DNA from: Alphaproteobacteria bacterium
GTDB taxonomy: Bacteria; Pseudomonadota; Alphaproteobacteria; G965222575
Direction: 5' to 3'
DNA: 64,000 bases
Assembly (NCBI GenBank): GCA_965222575.1
Contig: OZ244958.1
Coordinates: forward strand, 1-64,000
Shown here: piece after piece, positions 42,836 to 54,078 of the stretch
Position numbering within the stretch: the stretch's first letter is position 1
Layout of the letters: every line of letters begins with the position of its first letter
The notes under the pieces: model-generated
The model's database searches: none
The model's input: the letters and a program-made list of their open reading frames with translations, nothing else
What the model was told of the DNA's origin: nothing
Position numbers and translations under genes: made by a program

Positions 42836-45445
42836 ATGAGAGAGTTCAGGAATACCCTTTTTGTTATAGCTTTATCTTTGTGTGTTGTAGCACTAGAAGG
42901 CTGTGGAGGTAGCGGCGGTGGTGGTAGTAGTAGCGGTGGCAGTGGTGGTGATACTAGTGAAACAACAAGTACGGGTACTAGTGGAACAAATACCCCTGGC
43001 AACTATGAGCGCGCTCTTAATGGTGAGAAGGTGAATGCTGTTTTTCCACTTCAAAAACCCGAAGGCTCTACAGATTCTGATGAAGACTTCATCGATAGCT
43101 TCAAAACAGACGAATACAAGAAAAACGGCTTCCTTTATGATTTTCTAGACCTGCGGCAATTCTATGCCCGAGGCATAACAGGAAAGGGCATCACTATTGG
43201 TATATGGGATTCAGGCTTCGACCCCGCACAGATAGGAGATGATACACTAAAGGACAGAACCAAAGGCTTTGCGCTATCAAATGACCCTGACAACTACCGA
43301 CTAAGACCTGATAAAACAATAGTGGTGACACTACCAGATAAACCACCACAGGTCTTGACATTTAATGATGAGAGACTTAAGACTTATGATTTCCCCCTTA
43401 CAGAAGACTTTGATGACGACACCTCCCCCAACCATGGCACACAAATGCTTTCCTTTATTGCTGCCGGGAAAGAGGGCTATGGTATACATGGCGTAGCCTA
43501 TGAGGCTTCGGCCTTTGTTATTGCGAACCCCTCAAATAACTTCCCACTCGACAGCATAACAGAAGGGGTAATAGGATACGGCAACAAGTTCATACCGGCG
43601 TTGCATCTCTGGGAATCCCAAGGGGTGAAAGTGGTCAATCTTAGTCTAACTTTGGACTTCGATGGGGCATCGGTGAACACTCAGACAGTGATGACAAACC
43701 TGATGACAAAAAAGGTACCAAAAGCATTAAAAGACCTAGATATTATCCTTGTCATAGCAGCAGGAAACGACGGATATGACGAAAATCCTGCTTTTCCGGG
43801 GCGCGCGGTGACAGAGATGAACGGGTGGGGATTAGTCATCACAGAAGCCGTTGTGTTAGCAACGGGAAAGTCTCGCACCTATACAGAAACTTCAGTTCAA
43901 AACCGATATAATCTCCTTAAAGAAAAGACCTCTGCCTTAATCACTGACGATAAGCTACCACCCTATATACAGGATAAAACAGGCCAGATTCTCTTAAGAA
44001 TGTATGACACAGGAAACAGCAACCCCTGTGGAAGTGCGAAAGCCTTTTGCCTCACTGTTTTAACCACAGCCCACGGAGCCTTAAGCGACGCAGTAGATAA
44101 GCCTAAAGTCTATATTAAGGGCAAAGATGATATTACCAAAGATGAAACAATAGTAGGCTCTTCTATGGCGACAGCTATAACAACTGGGGTCATAGCGTTG
44201 TTACGACAAGCTTATACCAAATTAGAAGGCAATGAGATTGTGAAGCTTATGTTAGAGAGCGCTCATAAAATACAGGGGAAGGAAGAGATATACGGACAAG
44301 GGATTTTAAGCCCCTGGAGAGCCCTTCTTCATCATTTTGGAAAGAAGACGGTTGTGGGGACAACTTCTAGTTCTTATGAGGCTACTGGGTTTTCTCTTGA
44401 TGAAGGAGAAGTGCGTGTAGCCCCCAGTCTTGGTGCCTTACCTCTTTTGAAACCCCTCAAGGGCAATACCCCCTTACAGATTTTGTTTTTTGATAAGTTC
44501 AGAGACCCTAATAGATACTGGGTACAAGACATAAATGATACGTTTCTGTCTTCTGTTTCAAGAGGGGAAGAGAAGCCTGTGTTGTCTTTCTTTTCTTCTG
44601 TTTCCAGCACACTAAAGGCACAAGTTGGCAAAGGGAGATTGTTGTTGAATAAGGAAGAGAAGAAGATGGCTTATGAAGGGGTATTAGGAGAGGTGCCTTA
44701 TCGTGTAGGGATTGGAGGAGAGGTACTAGAGGAAGACGATAGAGTATTAGCCTTAGCGTCTCACGGAGACCTTTTGGAGGAGAAGCGGTCTTTTTCATTA
44801 GGGTCTGATTTTTATTTAGGGTTTGCTCAAGGAGAAAGAGAGGGGTATCGTGTGTATAGCGGGTATCGTAAGACCTTTGGGAGTGGTTTTTTGTATGCGG
44901 AAGCTGGTATTGTGAGAGAAGGGGAAGCCTTTTTAGGAGGGAGAGGTACAGCCTTTATGGAGTTTTCTAATGGAGGGAGGACTTGGTATGGGAGGATACA
45001 GGGGCGAATGCGTGTTGGGGGATTTGAGATGAATGTTGCGGCTTATATGGGGCGTAGTTTTTCTGGAGGGGAGGGTTCTCAGAGCAGTTGGTTAAGGCTT
45101 AAAGAAGGGAGAAGCCAAAGTGGGGGCATCAGTGTTAAAAGGAGTTTATCAAGGGATAGAAGTATAGAGCTTGGGGTACTTTTCCCTCTTAAAAGCTCTT
45201 ATGTGGGAGAGATGTCTCAATTGGAGGTCTTAAAAGGCGACCTATTAGGGACTTTGCGTTGGTCACGGCACGATGTAAGATTGTCCTCAGAAGGAAGAGA
45301 AAAGCTTTTTTATGGCTCTTATACGCAAGTCGTGAAGACAGGAGGGAAGATACACCTATCCTTCGGAGTGAGACTACAAAGAAACCATGTCCCTAATAGG
45401 GTACCGGAAAGCTTTTACCTCCTACAATATCGGCGTGCTTTCTAA
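42836..45445 (+). CDS. S8 serine peptidase lipoprotein, copy 2 (subfamily A)
   Basis: LEGC lipobox; WDSG, HGTQM, AAGND, GSSMAT; shared C-terminal module. Confidence 0.9.
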   Translation: MREFRNTLFVIALSLCVVALEGCGGSGGGGSSSGGSGGDTSETTSTGTSGTNTPGNYERALNGEKVNAVFPLQKPEGSTDSDEDFIDSFKTDEYKKNGFLYDFLDLRQFYARGITGKGITIGIWDSGFDPAQIGDDTLKDRTKGFALSNDPDNYRLRPDKTIVVTLPDKPPQVLTFNDERLKTYDFPLTEDFDDDTSPNHGTQMLSFIAAGKEGYGIHGVAYEASAFVIANPSNNFPLDSITEGVIGYGNKFIPALHLWESQGVKVVNLSLTLDFDGASVNTQTVMTNLMTKKVPKALKDLDIILVIAAGNDGYDENPAFPGRAVTEMNGWGLVITEAVVLATGKSRTYTETSVQNRYNLLKEKTSALITDDKLPPYIQDKTGQILLRMYDTGNSNPCGSAKAFCLTVLTTAHGALSDAVDKPKVYIKGKDDITKDETIVGSSMATAITTGVIALLRQAYTKLEGNEIVKLMLESAHKIQGKEEIYGQGILSPWRALLHHFGKKTVVGTTSSSYEATGFSLDEGEVRVAPSLGALPLLKPLKGNTPLQILFFDKFRDPNRYWVQDINDTFLSSVSRGEEKPVLSFFSSVSSTLKAQVGKGRLLLNKEEKKMAYEGVLGEVPYRVGIGGEVLEEDDRVLALASHGDLLEEKRSFSLGSDFYLGFAQGEREGYRVYSGYRKTFGSGFLYAEAGIVREGEAFLGGRGTAFMEFSNGGRTWYGRIQGRMRVGGFEMNVAAYMGRSFSGGEGSQSSWLRLKEGRSQSGGISVKRSLSRDRSIELGVLFPLKSSYVGEMSQLEVLKGDLLGTLRWSRHDVRLSSEGREKLFYGSYTQVVKTGGKIHLSFGVRLQRNHVPNRVPESFYLLQYRRAF

Positions 45446-45465
45446 TACTAGGCAGTACAGAAAAA

Positions 45466-48306
45466 ATGAGAGAGTTCAGGAATATCCTTTTTGTTATAGC
45501 TTTATCTTTGTGTGTTGTTGCACTAGAAGGCTGTGGCGGTAGTAGTGGTGGCGGTGGTGGTGGTGGTGAAACAACATATACACCCCCGCCCCTAAGACTG
45601 CCAAAAACTGATGCTGCCAAGAGCAACTATGGGCGCGCTCGTAGTGGTGAGGATGTGAATAATGTTTTTCCACTTACAGATACGGATGAAGACTTTATCG
45701 AGAGCTTCAAAACAACGGAGTATAAAGAAACAGGCGGGGCTGTTTATGACGCACTAGGCTTACGGTATTTCTATGCAAGAGGCTTGACTGGGGAAGGAAT
45801 GGAAGTTGCCGTACTGGATAAAGGCTTCAGCAGAGCGCATGCCGAAACAGCCGACGCCGATACCTCAAAAATAGATAGCTTACAATCCAGGATGTTTTGG
45901 CTCGATATACTAGTAGAAGGGAAGAACCTAAAGGACAACAACAAGCATACCTCATCACCACATGGCACCTACATGAGTATGATTATAGCTGCTGGGAAAG
46001 ATGATGTTAAACAACATGGCATAGCCTACAATGCTGAGGTCTATCATTTTAAAATACTTCACAAGCTGGACCCTTTCAAAATTTTGAGCAAAAATGGGCA
46101 GAAAAAACTAACCAAGGAGAACGAAAGGCGCGCATACAACCGACAAGTGGAAGCATTTGGAGTACCAAATAAGAATAATCACGAAATAGTTTCTGTTTAT
46201 AGCCTCAGATACGCAACCGACTTGCACGCAAAACTCAGTCAAGAAGATCAGAAGAAGTTGGAAAAAGCGGGACCAGAATACACCAAAAAGCTCTATTACG
46301 CATATCTAAAAGAACCTCACGAAAAGGGCATGAAGGTGATCAATATGAGTATGTTTTCTCCTACTGGTATAAAAAACATAAGTGGTGTGTATCAACTTCC
46401 AGACGATTTTAACCCCGATAACCCCGTCGGCGGGTTCCAGAACTTGATAAAGACTTATCAAGAGAATATGAAGAAACCGCTAAACGACCGCGACAGGTTT
46501 GATATTGTTCTATCGTTATGCGCAGGCAACGAGGGTATCCCTCAGCTTGCTAGCCCTGCTAACATAGCGCACTGGCTTGAGGTAAAAGATGAAAAAACAG
46601 GAGAACATCTAGGAGGATACGCCATTACCTCCACTAGTGTCGCCTCCACGGAATTGGGTCATCTTTTACCGGGAGGGACTTTTGATCCCAATAAAATAAT
46701 CTCTAATGTGAGAGACGCTGGATATAAGACCAATTTTCCCAATAAATGTGGAACGGGGAAATCCCAAAAATTTTGTCTAGCAGTCGTTGAAACAATCATA
46801 AACGTAAACCCCGATGAATCCCCCATTTTATGGGGGTGGAAACCGGAGAAAGCCTCTGAGAAGTGCGAAGCATATCGAGCAAGTGACAAAACAAAGACAG
46901 GTAATGATAATCCGTGCGAGGACTGGATTTTACCGAGATTTCCTGAAAATAACCCTATATTTTCTAAAGAAGCAATAAAAAAAATGATTAGATATGAAAC
47001 CACCAATCGCCCCCTGGTTGGAACTTCTGCTACGACAGCTGTAGTAAGTGGGGTAGCAACTTTGTTACGACAAGCTTTTCCTAAATTAAAGGCCTATGCG
47101 ATTGTGAAGCTTATGTTAGAGAGCGCTCATAAAATGCCGCAGAAACGTCTATACGGACAAGGGATTTTAAGCCCCTGGAGAGCCCTTCTTCTTCCTTTTG
47201 GACTGAAGACGGTTGTGGGGACAACTTCTAGTTCTTATGAGGCTACTGGGTTTTCTCTTTCTGCAGGAGGAGTGCGTGTATCGTCTAGTCTTGGTGCCTT
47301 ACCTCTTTTGAAACCGCTCAAGGGCAATACTCCCTTACAGATTTTGTTTTTTGATAAGTTCAGAGACCCTAACAGATATTGGGTACAAGACATAAACGAT
47401 ACATTTCTGTCTTCTGCTTCAAGAGGGGAAGAGAAGCCTGTGTTGTCTTTCTTTTCTTCTGTTTCCAGTACACTAAAGGCAGAAGTTGGTAAAGGGAGAT
47501 TGTTGTTGAATAAGGAAGAGGGGAAGATGGCTTATGAAGGGGTGTTAGGAGAGGTGCCTTATCGTGTAGGGATTGGAGGAGAGGTACTAGAGGAAGAAGA
47601 TAGAGTATTAGCCTTAGCGTCTCACGGAGACCTTTTGGAGGAGAAGCGGTCTTTTTCATTAGGGTCTGGTTTTTACTTAGGGTTTGCTCAAGGAGAAAGA
47701 GAGGGGTATCGTGTGTATAGTGGATATCGTAAGACATTCGGGAGTGGTTTTTTGTATGGGGAAGCTGGTATTGTGCGAGAAGGGGAAGCCTTTTTAGGAG
47801 GGAGAGGTACAGCCTTTATGGAGTTTTCTAATGGAGGGAGGACTTGGTATGGGAGGATACAGGGGCGAATGCGTGTTGGGGGATTTGAGATGAATGTTGC
47901 GGCTTATATGGGGCGTAGTTTTTCTGGAGGGGAGGGTTCTCAGAGCAGTTGGTTAAGGCTTAAAGAAGGGAGAAGCCAAAGTGGGGGCATCAGTGTTAAA
48001 AGGAGTTTATCTAGGAAGAGAAGTATAGAGCTTGGGGTACTTTTCCCTCTTAAAAGCTCTTATGTGGGAGAGATGTCTCAATTGGAGGTCTTAAAAGGCG
48101 ACCTATTAGGGACTTTGCGTTGGTCACAACATGATGTAAGACTATCCTCAGAAGGAAGAGAAAAGCTTTTTTATGGCTCTTATACGCAAGTCGTGAAGAC
48201 AGGGGGGAAGATACACCTATCCTTCGGAGTGAGACTACAAAGAAACCATGTCCCTAATAGGGTACCGGAAAGCTTTTACCTCTTACAATATCGGCACACT
48301 TTCTAA
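45466..48306 (+). CDS. S8 serine peptidase lipoprotein, copy 3 (subfamily B)
   Basis: LEGC; VAVLDKG, HGTYM, CAGNE, GTSATT; shared C-terminal module. Confidence 0.9.
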   Translation: MREFRNILFVIALSLCVVALEGCGGSSGGGGGGGETTYTPPPLRLPKTDAAKSNYGRARSGEDVNNVFPLTDTDEDFIESFKTTEYKETGGAVYDALGLRYFYARGLTGEGMEVAVLDKGFSRAHAETADADTSKIDSLQSRMFWLDILVEGKNLKDNNKHTSSPHGTYMSMIIAAGKDDVKQHGIAYNAEVYHFKILHKLDPFKILSKNGQKKLTKENERRAYNRQVEAFGVPNKNNHEIVSVYSLRYATDLHAKLSQEDQKKLEKAGPEYTKKLYYAYLKEPHEKGMKVINMSMFSPTGIKNISGVYQLPDDFNPDNPVGGFQNLIKTYQENMKKPLNDRDRFDIVLSLCAGNEGIPQLASPANIAHWLEVKDEKTGEHLGGYAITSTSVASTELGHLLPGGTFDPNKIISNVRDAGYKTNFPNKCGTGKSQKFCLAVVETIINVNPDESPILWGWKPEKASEKCEAYRASDKTKTGNDNPCEDWILPRFPENNPIFSKEAIKKMIRYETTNRPLVGTSATTAVVSGVATLLRQAFPKLKAYAIVKLMLESAHKMPQKRLYGQGILSPWRALLLPFGLKTVVGTTSSSYEATGFSLSAGGVRVSSSLGALPLLKPLKGNTPLQILFFDKFRDPNRYWVQDINDTFLSSASRGEEKPVLSFFSSVSSTLKAEVGKGRLLLNKEEGKMAYEGVLGEVPYRVGIGGEVLEEEDRVLALASHGDLLEEKRSFSLGSGFYLGFAQGEREGYRVYSGYRKTFGSGFLYGEAGIVREGEAFLGGRGTAFMEFSNGGRTWYGRIQGRMRVGGFEMNVAAYMGRSFSGGEGSQSSWLRLKEGRSQSGGISVKRSLSRKRSIELGVLFPLKSSYVGEMSQLEVLKGDLLGTLRWSQHDVRLSSEGREKLFYGSYTQVVKTGGKIHLSFGVRLQRNHVPNRVPESFYLLQYRHTF

Positions 48307-48326
48307 TACTAGGCAGTACAGAAAAA

Positions 48327-51188
48327 ATGAGAGAGTTCAAGAATATTCTTTTTGTTATAGCTTTATCTTTGTGTGTTGTAGCACTAGAAGGCTGTGGAGG
48401 TAGCGGCGGCGGTGGTACTGGTGGTGAAACAACATATACACCCCCGACAACCACAATTCTTACTAGGCCTCCTGTGGTGGTGGGGAGTTTTTGGTCTACT
48501 GTCAATAAAGGGGGGTTGAAAATTAAAAAAGGAGACTATACAGGTACGGATGAAGACTTCATCGAGAGCTTCAAAACAAAGGAGTATCAAGATACTGGGG
48601 GGGCTGTTTATGACGCACTAGGCTTACGGTATTTCTATGCAAGAGGCTTGACTGGGAAAGGAATAAAAGTTGCCGTACTGGATTCTGGCTTCAACAAAAA
48701 GCAGTTCTACGGCCCCGACCAAAAACGAAATACCGTTGACGATATAAAAGATACCTTAAAAGAAAGGATGTTTTGGCTCCCTATACCAGTAGAAGAACCA
48801 GTAGAAGGGAAGTCCCTACTGAAGAAGAACAAAAGGCGTACCTCAACACATGGTACCTACATGAGTATGATTATAGCTGCTGGGAAAGATGATGTTAAAC
48901 AACATGGCATAGCCTACAATGCTACGCTCCATCATTTTCAAAAACTTCACAAGCTGGACCCTCTCGAAGTTTTCAAAACTTTTAGCAAAGATGGGCGGGA
49001 CAAAATAAAGGCTTATGAAGCCTCATCCTTAACAACAATAACGTCTATTTTGAACCTCAAAACCGCAAACAACTCACTTCTTTACAACTCTCTCTTTTCA
49101 GGCGATCAACAAAAGTTGAGCACTGCAGTAACAGAATACACCAACAAGCTCTATTACGCACATCTCACAGAATCTCACAAAAAGGGCATGAAGGTGCTCA
49201 ATATGAGTATGCTTGTGGCTACTAGTAAAATAGTGAGGTATGAAACTTCAGGAGAGTGGTGGGAAACATGGGAACTTCCAGACGATTTTAACCCCGATAA
49301 CCCCGTCGGCAGCTACCAGAAGTTGATAAAGGCTTATCAAGAGAATATGAAGAAACCGCTAAACGACCCCGACAGGTTTGATATTGTTCTATCGTTATGT
49401 GCAGGCAACGAGGATAGCTCTGAGCTTGCTAGCCCTGCTAACTTAGCGCACTGGCTTGAGGTAAAAGATAATGGAAAAAGTCTAGGAGGATACGCCATTA
49501 CCTCCACTAGTGTTGCCTCCAAGGAATTGCGTCATCTTTTACCGGGAGAGACTTTTAATCCCAATAAAATAATCTCTGATGTAACAAAGGCTGGATATGA
49601 TAGGAATTTTCCCAATAAATGTGGAAATGGGAAATCCCAAAAATTTTGTCTAGCAGTCGTTGAAACAATCATAAACGTAAACCCCGATGAATCCCCCATT
49701 TTATGGGGGTGGAAACCGCCCTCTGCCATTGAGAAGTGCAAAGAATATCGAGCAAGTGACAAACCAAGGACAGGTAATGAAGGTAAGTCGCCGTGCGAGG
49801 ACTGGACTTTACCTATCTTTCCTGAAAAAAACCCTATATTTTCTCAAGACGCAATAAACAAAATGATTTTACATGAAACCACCAATCGCCCCCTGGTTGG
49901 AACTTCTGCTACGACAGCTGTAGTAAGTGGGGTAGCAACTTTGTTACGAGAAGCTTTTCCTGCCTTAAAGGCCTATGAGATTGTGAAGCTTATGTTAGAG
50001 AGCGCTCATAAAATACCGGGGAAGGAAGAGATATACGGACAAGGGATTTTAAGCCCCTGGAGAGCCCTTCTTCATCATTTTGGAAAGAAGACGGTTGTGG
50101 GGACAACTTCTAGTTCTTATGAGGCTACTGGGGTTTCTCTTGATGAAGGAGAAGTGCGTGTAGCCCCCAGTCTTGGTGCCTTACCTCTTTTGAAACCCCT
50201 CAAGGGCAATACCCCCTTACAGATTTTGTTTTTTGATAAGTTCAGAGACCCTAATAGATATTGGGTACAAGACATAAATGATACGTTTTTGTCTTCTGTT
50301 TCAAGAGGGGAAGAGAAGCCTGTGTTGTCTTTCTTTTCTTCTGTTTCCAGCACACTAAAGGCACAAGTTGGCAAAGGGAGATTGTTGTTGAATAAGGAAG
50401 AGAAGAAGATGGCTTATGAAGGGGTATTAGGAGAGGTGCCTTATCGTGTAGGGATTGGAGGAGAATTTGTAGAGGAAGAAGATAGAGTATTAGCCTTAGC
50501 GTCTCACGGAGACCTTTTGGAGGAGAAGCGGTCTTTTTCATTAGGGTCTGATTTTTATTTAGGGTTTGCTCAAGGAGAAAAAGAGGGGTATCGTGTGTAT
50601 AGTGGATATCGTAAGACATTCGGGAGTGGTTTTTTGTATGCGGAAGCTGGCATTGTGAGAGAAGGGGAAGCGTTTTTAGGAGGGAGAGGGACAGCCTTTA
50701 TGGAGTTTTCTAATGGAGGGAGGACTTGGTATGGGAGGATACAGGGGAGAATGAGCGTTGGGGAATTTGAGATGAATGTTGCGGCTTATATGGGGCGTAG
50801 TTTTTCTGGAGGAGAGGGGTCTAGGAGTAGTTGGTTAAGGCTTAAAGAAGGGAGAAGCCAAAGTGGGGGCATCAGTGTTAAAAGGAGTTTATCTAGGGAT
50901 AGAAGTATAGAGCTTGGGGCGCTTTTCCCTCTTAAAAGCTCTTATGTGGGAGAGATGTCTCAATTGGAGGTCTTAAAAGGCGACCTATTAGGGACTTTGC
51001 GTTGGTCACAACACGATGTAAGACTATCCTCAGAAGGAAGAGAAAAGCTTTTTTATGGCTCTTATACGCAAGTCGTGAAGACAGGGGGGAAGATACACCT
51101 ATCCTTCGGAGTGAGACTACAAAGAAACCATGTCCCTAATAGGGTACCGGAAAGCTTTTACCTCTTACAATATCGGCACACTTTCTAA
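48327..51188 (+). CDS. S8 serine peptidase lipoprotein, copy 4 (subfamily B)
   Basis: LEGC; VAVLDSG, HGTYM, CAGNE, GTSATT; shared C-terminal module. Confidence 0.9.
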   Translation: MREFKNILFVIALSLCVVALEGCGGSGGGGTGGETTYTPPTTTILTRPPVVVGSFWSTVNKGGLKIKKGDYTGTDEDFIESFKTKEYQDTGGAVYDALGLRYFYARGLTGKGIKVAVLDSGFNKKQFYGPDQKRNTVDDIKDTLKERMFWLPIPVEEPVEGKSLLKKNKRRTSTHGTYMSMIIAAGKDDVKQHGIAYNATLHHFQKLHKLDPLEVFKTFSKDGRDKIKAYEASSLTTITSILNLKTANNSLLYNSLFSGDQQKLSTAVTEYTNKLYYAHLTESHKKGMKVLNMSMLVATSKIVRYETSGEWWETWELPDDFNPDNPVGSYQKLIKAYQENMKKPLNDPDRFDIVLSLCAGNEDSSELASPANLAHWLEVKDNGKSLGGYAITSTSVASKELRHLLPGETFNPNKIISDVTKAGYDRNFPNKCGNGKSQKFCLAVVETIINVNPDESPILWGWKPPSAIEKCKEYRASDKPRTGNEGKSPCEDWTLPIFPEKNPIFSQDAINKMILHETTNRPLVGTSATTAVVSGVATLLREAFPALKAYEIVKLMLESAHKIPGKEEIYGQGILSPWRALLHHFGKKTVVGTTSSSYEATGVSLDEGEVRVAPSLGALPLLKPLKGNTPLQILFFDKFRDPNRYWVQDINDTFLSSVSRGEEKPVLSFFSSVSSTLKAQVGKGRLLLNKEEKKMAYEGVLGEVPYRVGIGGEFVEEEDRVLALASHGDLLEEKRSFSLGSDFYLGFAQGEKEGYRVYSGYRKTFGSGFLYAEAGIVREGEAFLGGRGTAFMEFSNGGRTWYGRIQGRMSVGEFEMNVAAYMGRSFSGGEGSRSSWLRLKEGRSQSGGISVKRSLSRDRSIELGALFPLKSSYVGEMSQLEVLKGDLLGTLRWSQHDVRLSSEGREKLFYGSYTQVVKTGGKIHLSFGVRLQRNHVPNRVPESFYLLQYRHTF

Positions 51189-51208
51189 TACTAGGCAGTA
51201 CAGAAAAA

Positions 51209-54061
51209 ATGAGAGAGTTCAGGAATATCCTTTTTGTTATAGCTTTATCTTTGTGTGTTGTAGCACTAGAAGGCTGTGGAGGTAGTAGCGGCGGCGGTGG
51301 TGGTGGTGGTGGAACTACGCCCCCAAATCCTCCTATCGAAAATACTCCTATCGAAAATCCTCCTATCGAAAATACTCCTATCGAAAATCCTCCTATCGAA
51401 AATCCTCCTACTGTGCTGGGGGATTGGTCTACTGTCAATGAAGGGGGGTTGAAAATTAAAAAAGGAGACTATAAAGGTACGGATGAAGAGTTCATCGATA
51501 GCTTCAAAACAACGGAGTATAAAGAAACAGGCGGGGCTGTTTATGACGCACTAGGCTTACGGTATTTCTATGCAAGAGGCTTGACTGGGAAAGGAATAAA
51601 AGTTGCCGTACTGGATAGTGGCTTCAGCAGAGCGCATGCCGAAACAGCCGACGCCTTTACCTCAAAAATAGATAGCTTACTAAAGAGGATGTCTTGGCTC
51701 CCTTTATCATTAACAGGGTACAAATCATTAACAGGCATCCTAAAGAAGAACAACAAGCGTACCTCACCACATGGTACCTACATGAGTATGATTATAGCTG
51801 CTGGGAAAGATGATGTTAAACAACATGGCATAGCCTACAATGCTACGCTCCATCATTTTCAAAAACTTCACAAGCTGGACCCTCTCGAAGTTTTCAACAC
51901 TTTTAGCAAAGATGGGCGGGACAAAATAAAGGCTTATGAAAACTCATCCTCAACAACAATAACGTCTTTTTCTGACCTCAGAAAGGCACAAGGTGGACAC
52001 ATTTACCAATATCTCAGTCAATTAGATAAGGACAAGTTGAACGCTGCAGTAACAGAATACACCAACAAGTTCTATTACGCACATCTCACAGAATCTCACG
52101 AAGAGGGCATGAAGGTACTCAATATGAGTATGTATAGCCCTACTAAGACAACTCCGAAACTTCCAGACGATTTTAACCCCGATAACCCCGTCGGCAGCTA
52201 CCAGAAGTTGATAAAGGCTTATCAAGAGAATATGAAGAAACCGCTAAACGACCCCGACAGGTTTGATATTGTTCTATCGTTATGTGCAGGCAACGAGGGT
52301 AGCTCTGAGCTTGGTAGCCCTGCTAACATAGCACACTGGCTTGAGGTAAAAGATACAGATGGAACAACAAGTCTAGGAGGATACGCCATTACCTCCACTG
52401 CTGTTGCCTCCAGGGGATTGGATCATCTTTTACCGGGAGGGGAGTTTGATTCCTCGAAAATAGTCTCTAATGCGCTGAAAACTGGACTTAATGTTACTCC
52501 TCCCAATAAATGTGGAACTGGGAAAGCCAACAAATTTTGTCTATCAGTCGTTGACACAATCATAAACGTAAACCCCGATGAATCCCCCATTTTATGGGGG
52601 TGGAAACCGGACAATGACGAGACTAAGGAGTGTCAAAAAAAGCGAAACGACAACCCTCTATACATAGGTTTTCCGTGCTATGACTGGACTTTACCGAGAT
52701 TTAGAGATGTATTTAAGCAAGAAGCAATAAAAAAAATGCTTGAATATGAAAAAACCAATCGCCCCCTGACTGGAACTTCTACTACGACAGCTATAGTAAG
52801 TGGGGTAGCAACTTTGTTACGAGAAGCTTTTCCTGCCTTAAAGGCCTATGAGATTGTGAAGCTTATGTTAGAGAGCGCTCATAAAATACCGGGGAAGGAA
52901 GAGATATACGGACAAGGGATTTTAAGCCCCTGGAGAGCCCTTCTTCATCATTTTGGAAAGAAGACGGTTGTGGGGACAACTTCTAGTTCTTATGAGGCTA
53001 CTGGGGTTTCTCTTGATGCAGGAGGAGTGCGTGTAGCCCCCAGTCTTGGTGCCTTACCTCTTTTGAAACCGCTCAAGGGCAATACCCCCTTACAGATTTT
53101 GTTTTTTGATAAGTTCAGAGACCCTAATAGATATTGGGTACAAGACATAAACGATACATTTCTGTCTTCTGTTTCAGGAGGGGAAGAGAAGCCTGTGTTG
53201 TCTTTCTTTTCTTCTGTTTCCAGCACACTAAAGGCGCAAGTTGGCAAAGGGAGATTGTTGTTGAATAAGGAAGAGAAGAAGATGGCTTATGAAGGGGTAT
53301 TAGGAGAGGTGCCTTATCGTGTAGGGATTGGAGGAGAAGTACTAGAGGAAGAAGATAGAGTATTAGCCTTAGCGTCTCACGGAGACCTTTTGGAGGAGAA
53401 GCGGTCTTTTTCATTAGGGTCTGATTTTTATTTAGGGTTTGCTCAAGGAGAAAAAGAGGGGTATCGTGTGTATAGTGGGTATCGTAAGACCTTTGGGAGT
53501 GGGTTTTTGTATGCGGAAGCTGGCATTGTGAGAGAAGGGGAAGCCTTTTTAGGAGGGAGAGGGACAGCCTTTATGGAGTTTTCTAATGGAGGGAGGACTT
53601 GGTATGGGAGGATACAGGGGCGAATGCGTGTTGGGGGATTTGAGATGAATGTTGCGGCTTATATGGGGCGTAGTTTTTCTGGAGGGGAGGGGTCTAGGAG
53701 CAGTTGGTTAAGGCTTAAAGAAGGGAGAAGCCAAAGTGGGGGCATCAGTGTTAAAAGGAGTTTATCTAGGAAGAGAAGTATAGAGCTTGGGGCGCTTTTC
53801 CCTCTTAAAAGCTCTTATGTGGGAGAGATGTCTCAATTGGAGGTCTTAAAAGGCGACCTATTAGGGACTTTGCGTTGGTCACAACATGATGTAAGATTGT
53901 CCTCAGAAGGAAGAGAAAAGCTTTTTTATGGCTCTTATACGCAAGTCGTGAAGACAGGAGGGAAGATACACCTATCCTTCGGAGTGAGACTACAAAGAAA
54001 CCATGTCCCTAATAGGGTACCGGAAAGCTTTTACCTCTTACAATATCGGCACACTTTCTAA
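51209..54061 (+). CDS. S8 serine peptidase lipoprotein, copy 5 (subfamily B)
   Basis: LEGC; VAVLDSG, HGTYM, CAGNE, GTSTTT; shared C-terminal module. Confidence 0.9.
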   Translation: MREFRNILFVIALSLCVVALEGCGGSSGGGGGGGGTTPPNPPIENTPIENPPIENTPIENPPIENPPTVLGDWSTVNEGGLKIKKGDYKGTDEEFIDSFKTTEYKETGGAVYDALGLRYFYARGLTGKGIKVAVLDSGFSRAHAETADAFTSKIDSLLKRMSWLPLSLTGYKSLTGILKKNNKRTSPHGTYMSMIIAAGKDDVKQHGIAYNATLHHFQKLHKLDPLEVFNTFSKDGRDKIKAYENSSSTTITSFSDLRKAQGGHIYQYLSQLDKDKLNAAVTEYTNKFYYAHLTESHEEGMKVLNMSMYSPTKTTPKLPDDFNPDNPVGSYQKLIKAYQENMKKPLNDPDRFDIVLSLCAGNEGSSELGSPANIAHWLEVKDTDGTTSLGGYAITSTAVASRGLDHLLPGGEFDSSKIVSNALKTGLNVTPPNKCGTGKANKFCLSVVDTIINVNPDESPILWGWKPDNDETKECQKKRNDNPLYIGFPCYDWTLPRFRDVFKQEAIKKMLEYEKTNRPLTGTSTTTAIVSGVATLLREAFPALKAYEIVKLMLESAHKIPGKEEIYGQGILSPWRALLHHFGKKTVVGTTSSSYEATGVSLDAGGVRVAPSLGALPLLKPLKGNTPLQILFFDKFRDPNRYWVQDINDTFLSSVSGGEEKPVLSFFSSVSSTLKAQVGKGRLLLNKEEKKMAYEGVLGEVPYRVGIGGEVLEEEDRVLALASHGDLLEEKRSFSLGSDFYLGFAQGEKEGYRVYSGYRKTFGSGFLYAEAGIVREGEAFLGGRGTAFMEFSNGGRTWYGRIQGRMRVGGFEMNVAAYMGRSFSGGEGSRSSWLRLKEGRSQSGGISVKRSLSRKRSIELGALFPLKSSYVGEMSQLEVLKGDLLGTLRWSQHDVRLSSEGREKLFYGSYTQVVKTGGKIHLSFGVRLQRNHVPNRVPESFYLLQYRHTF
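51326..51410 (+). repeat. 15-bp tandem repeat AAT(C/A)CTCCTATCGAA encoding N(P/T)PIE, five full units plus a partial
   Basis: Directly visible in the linker of copy 5. Confidence 0.95.
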
Positions 54062-54078
54062 TACCAAGTAGTACAAAA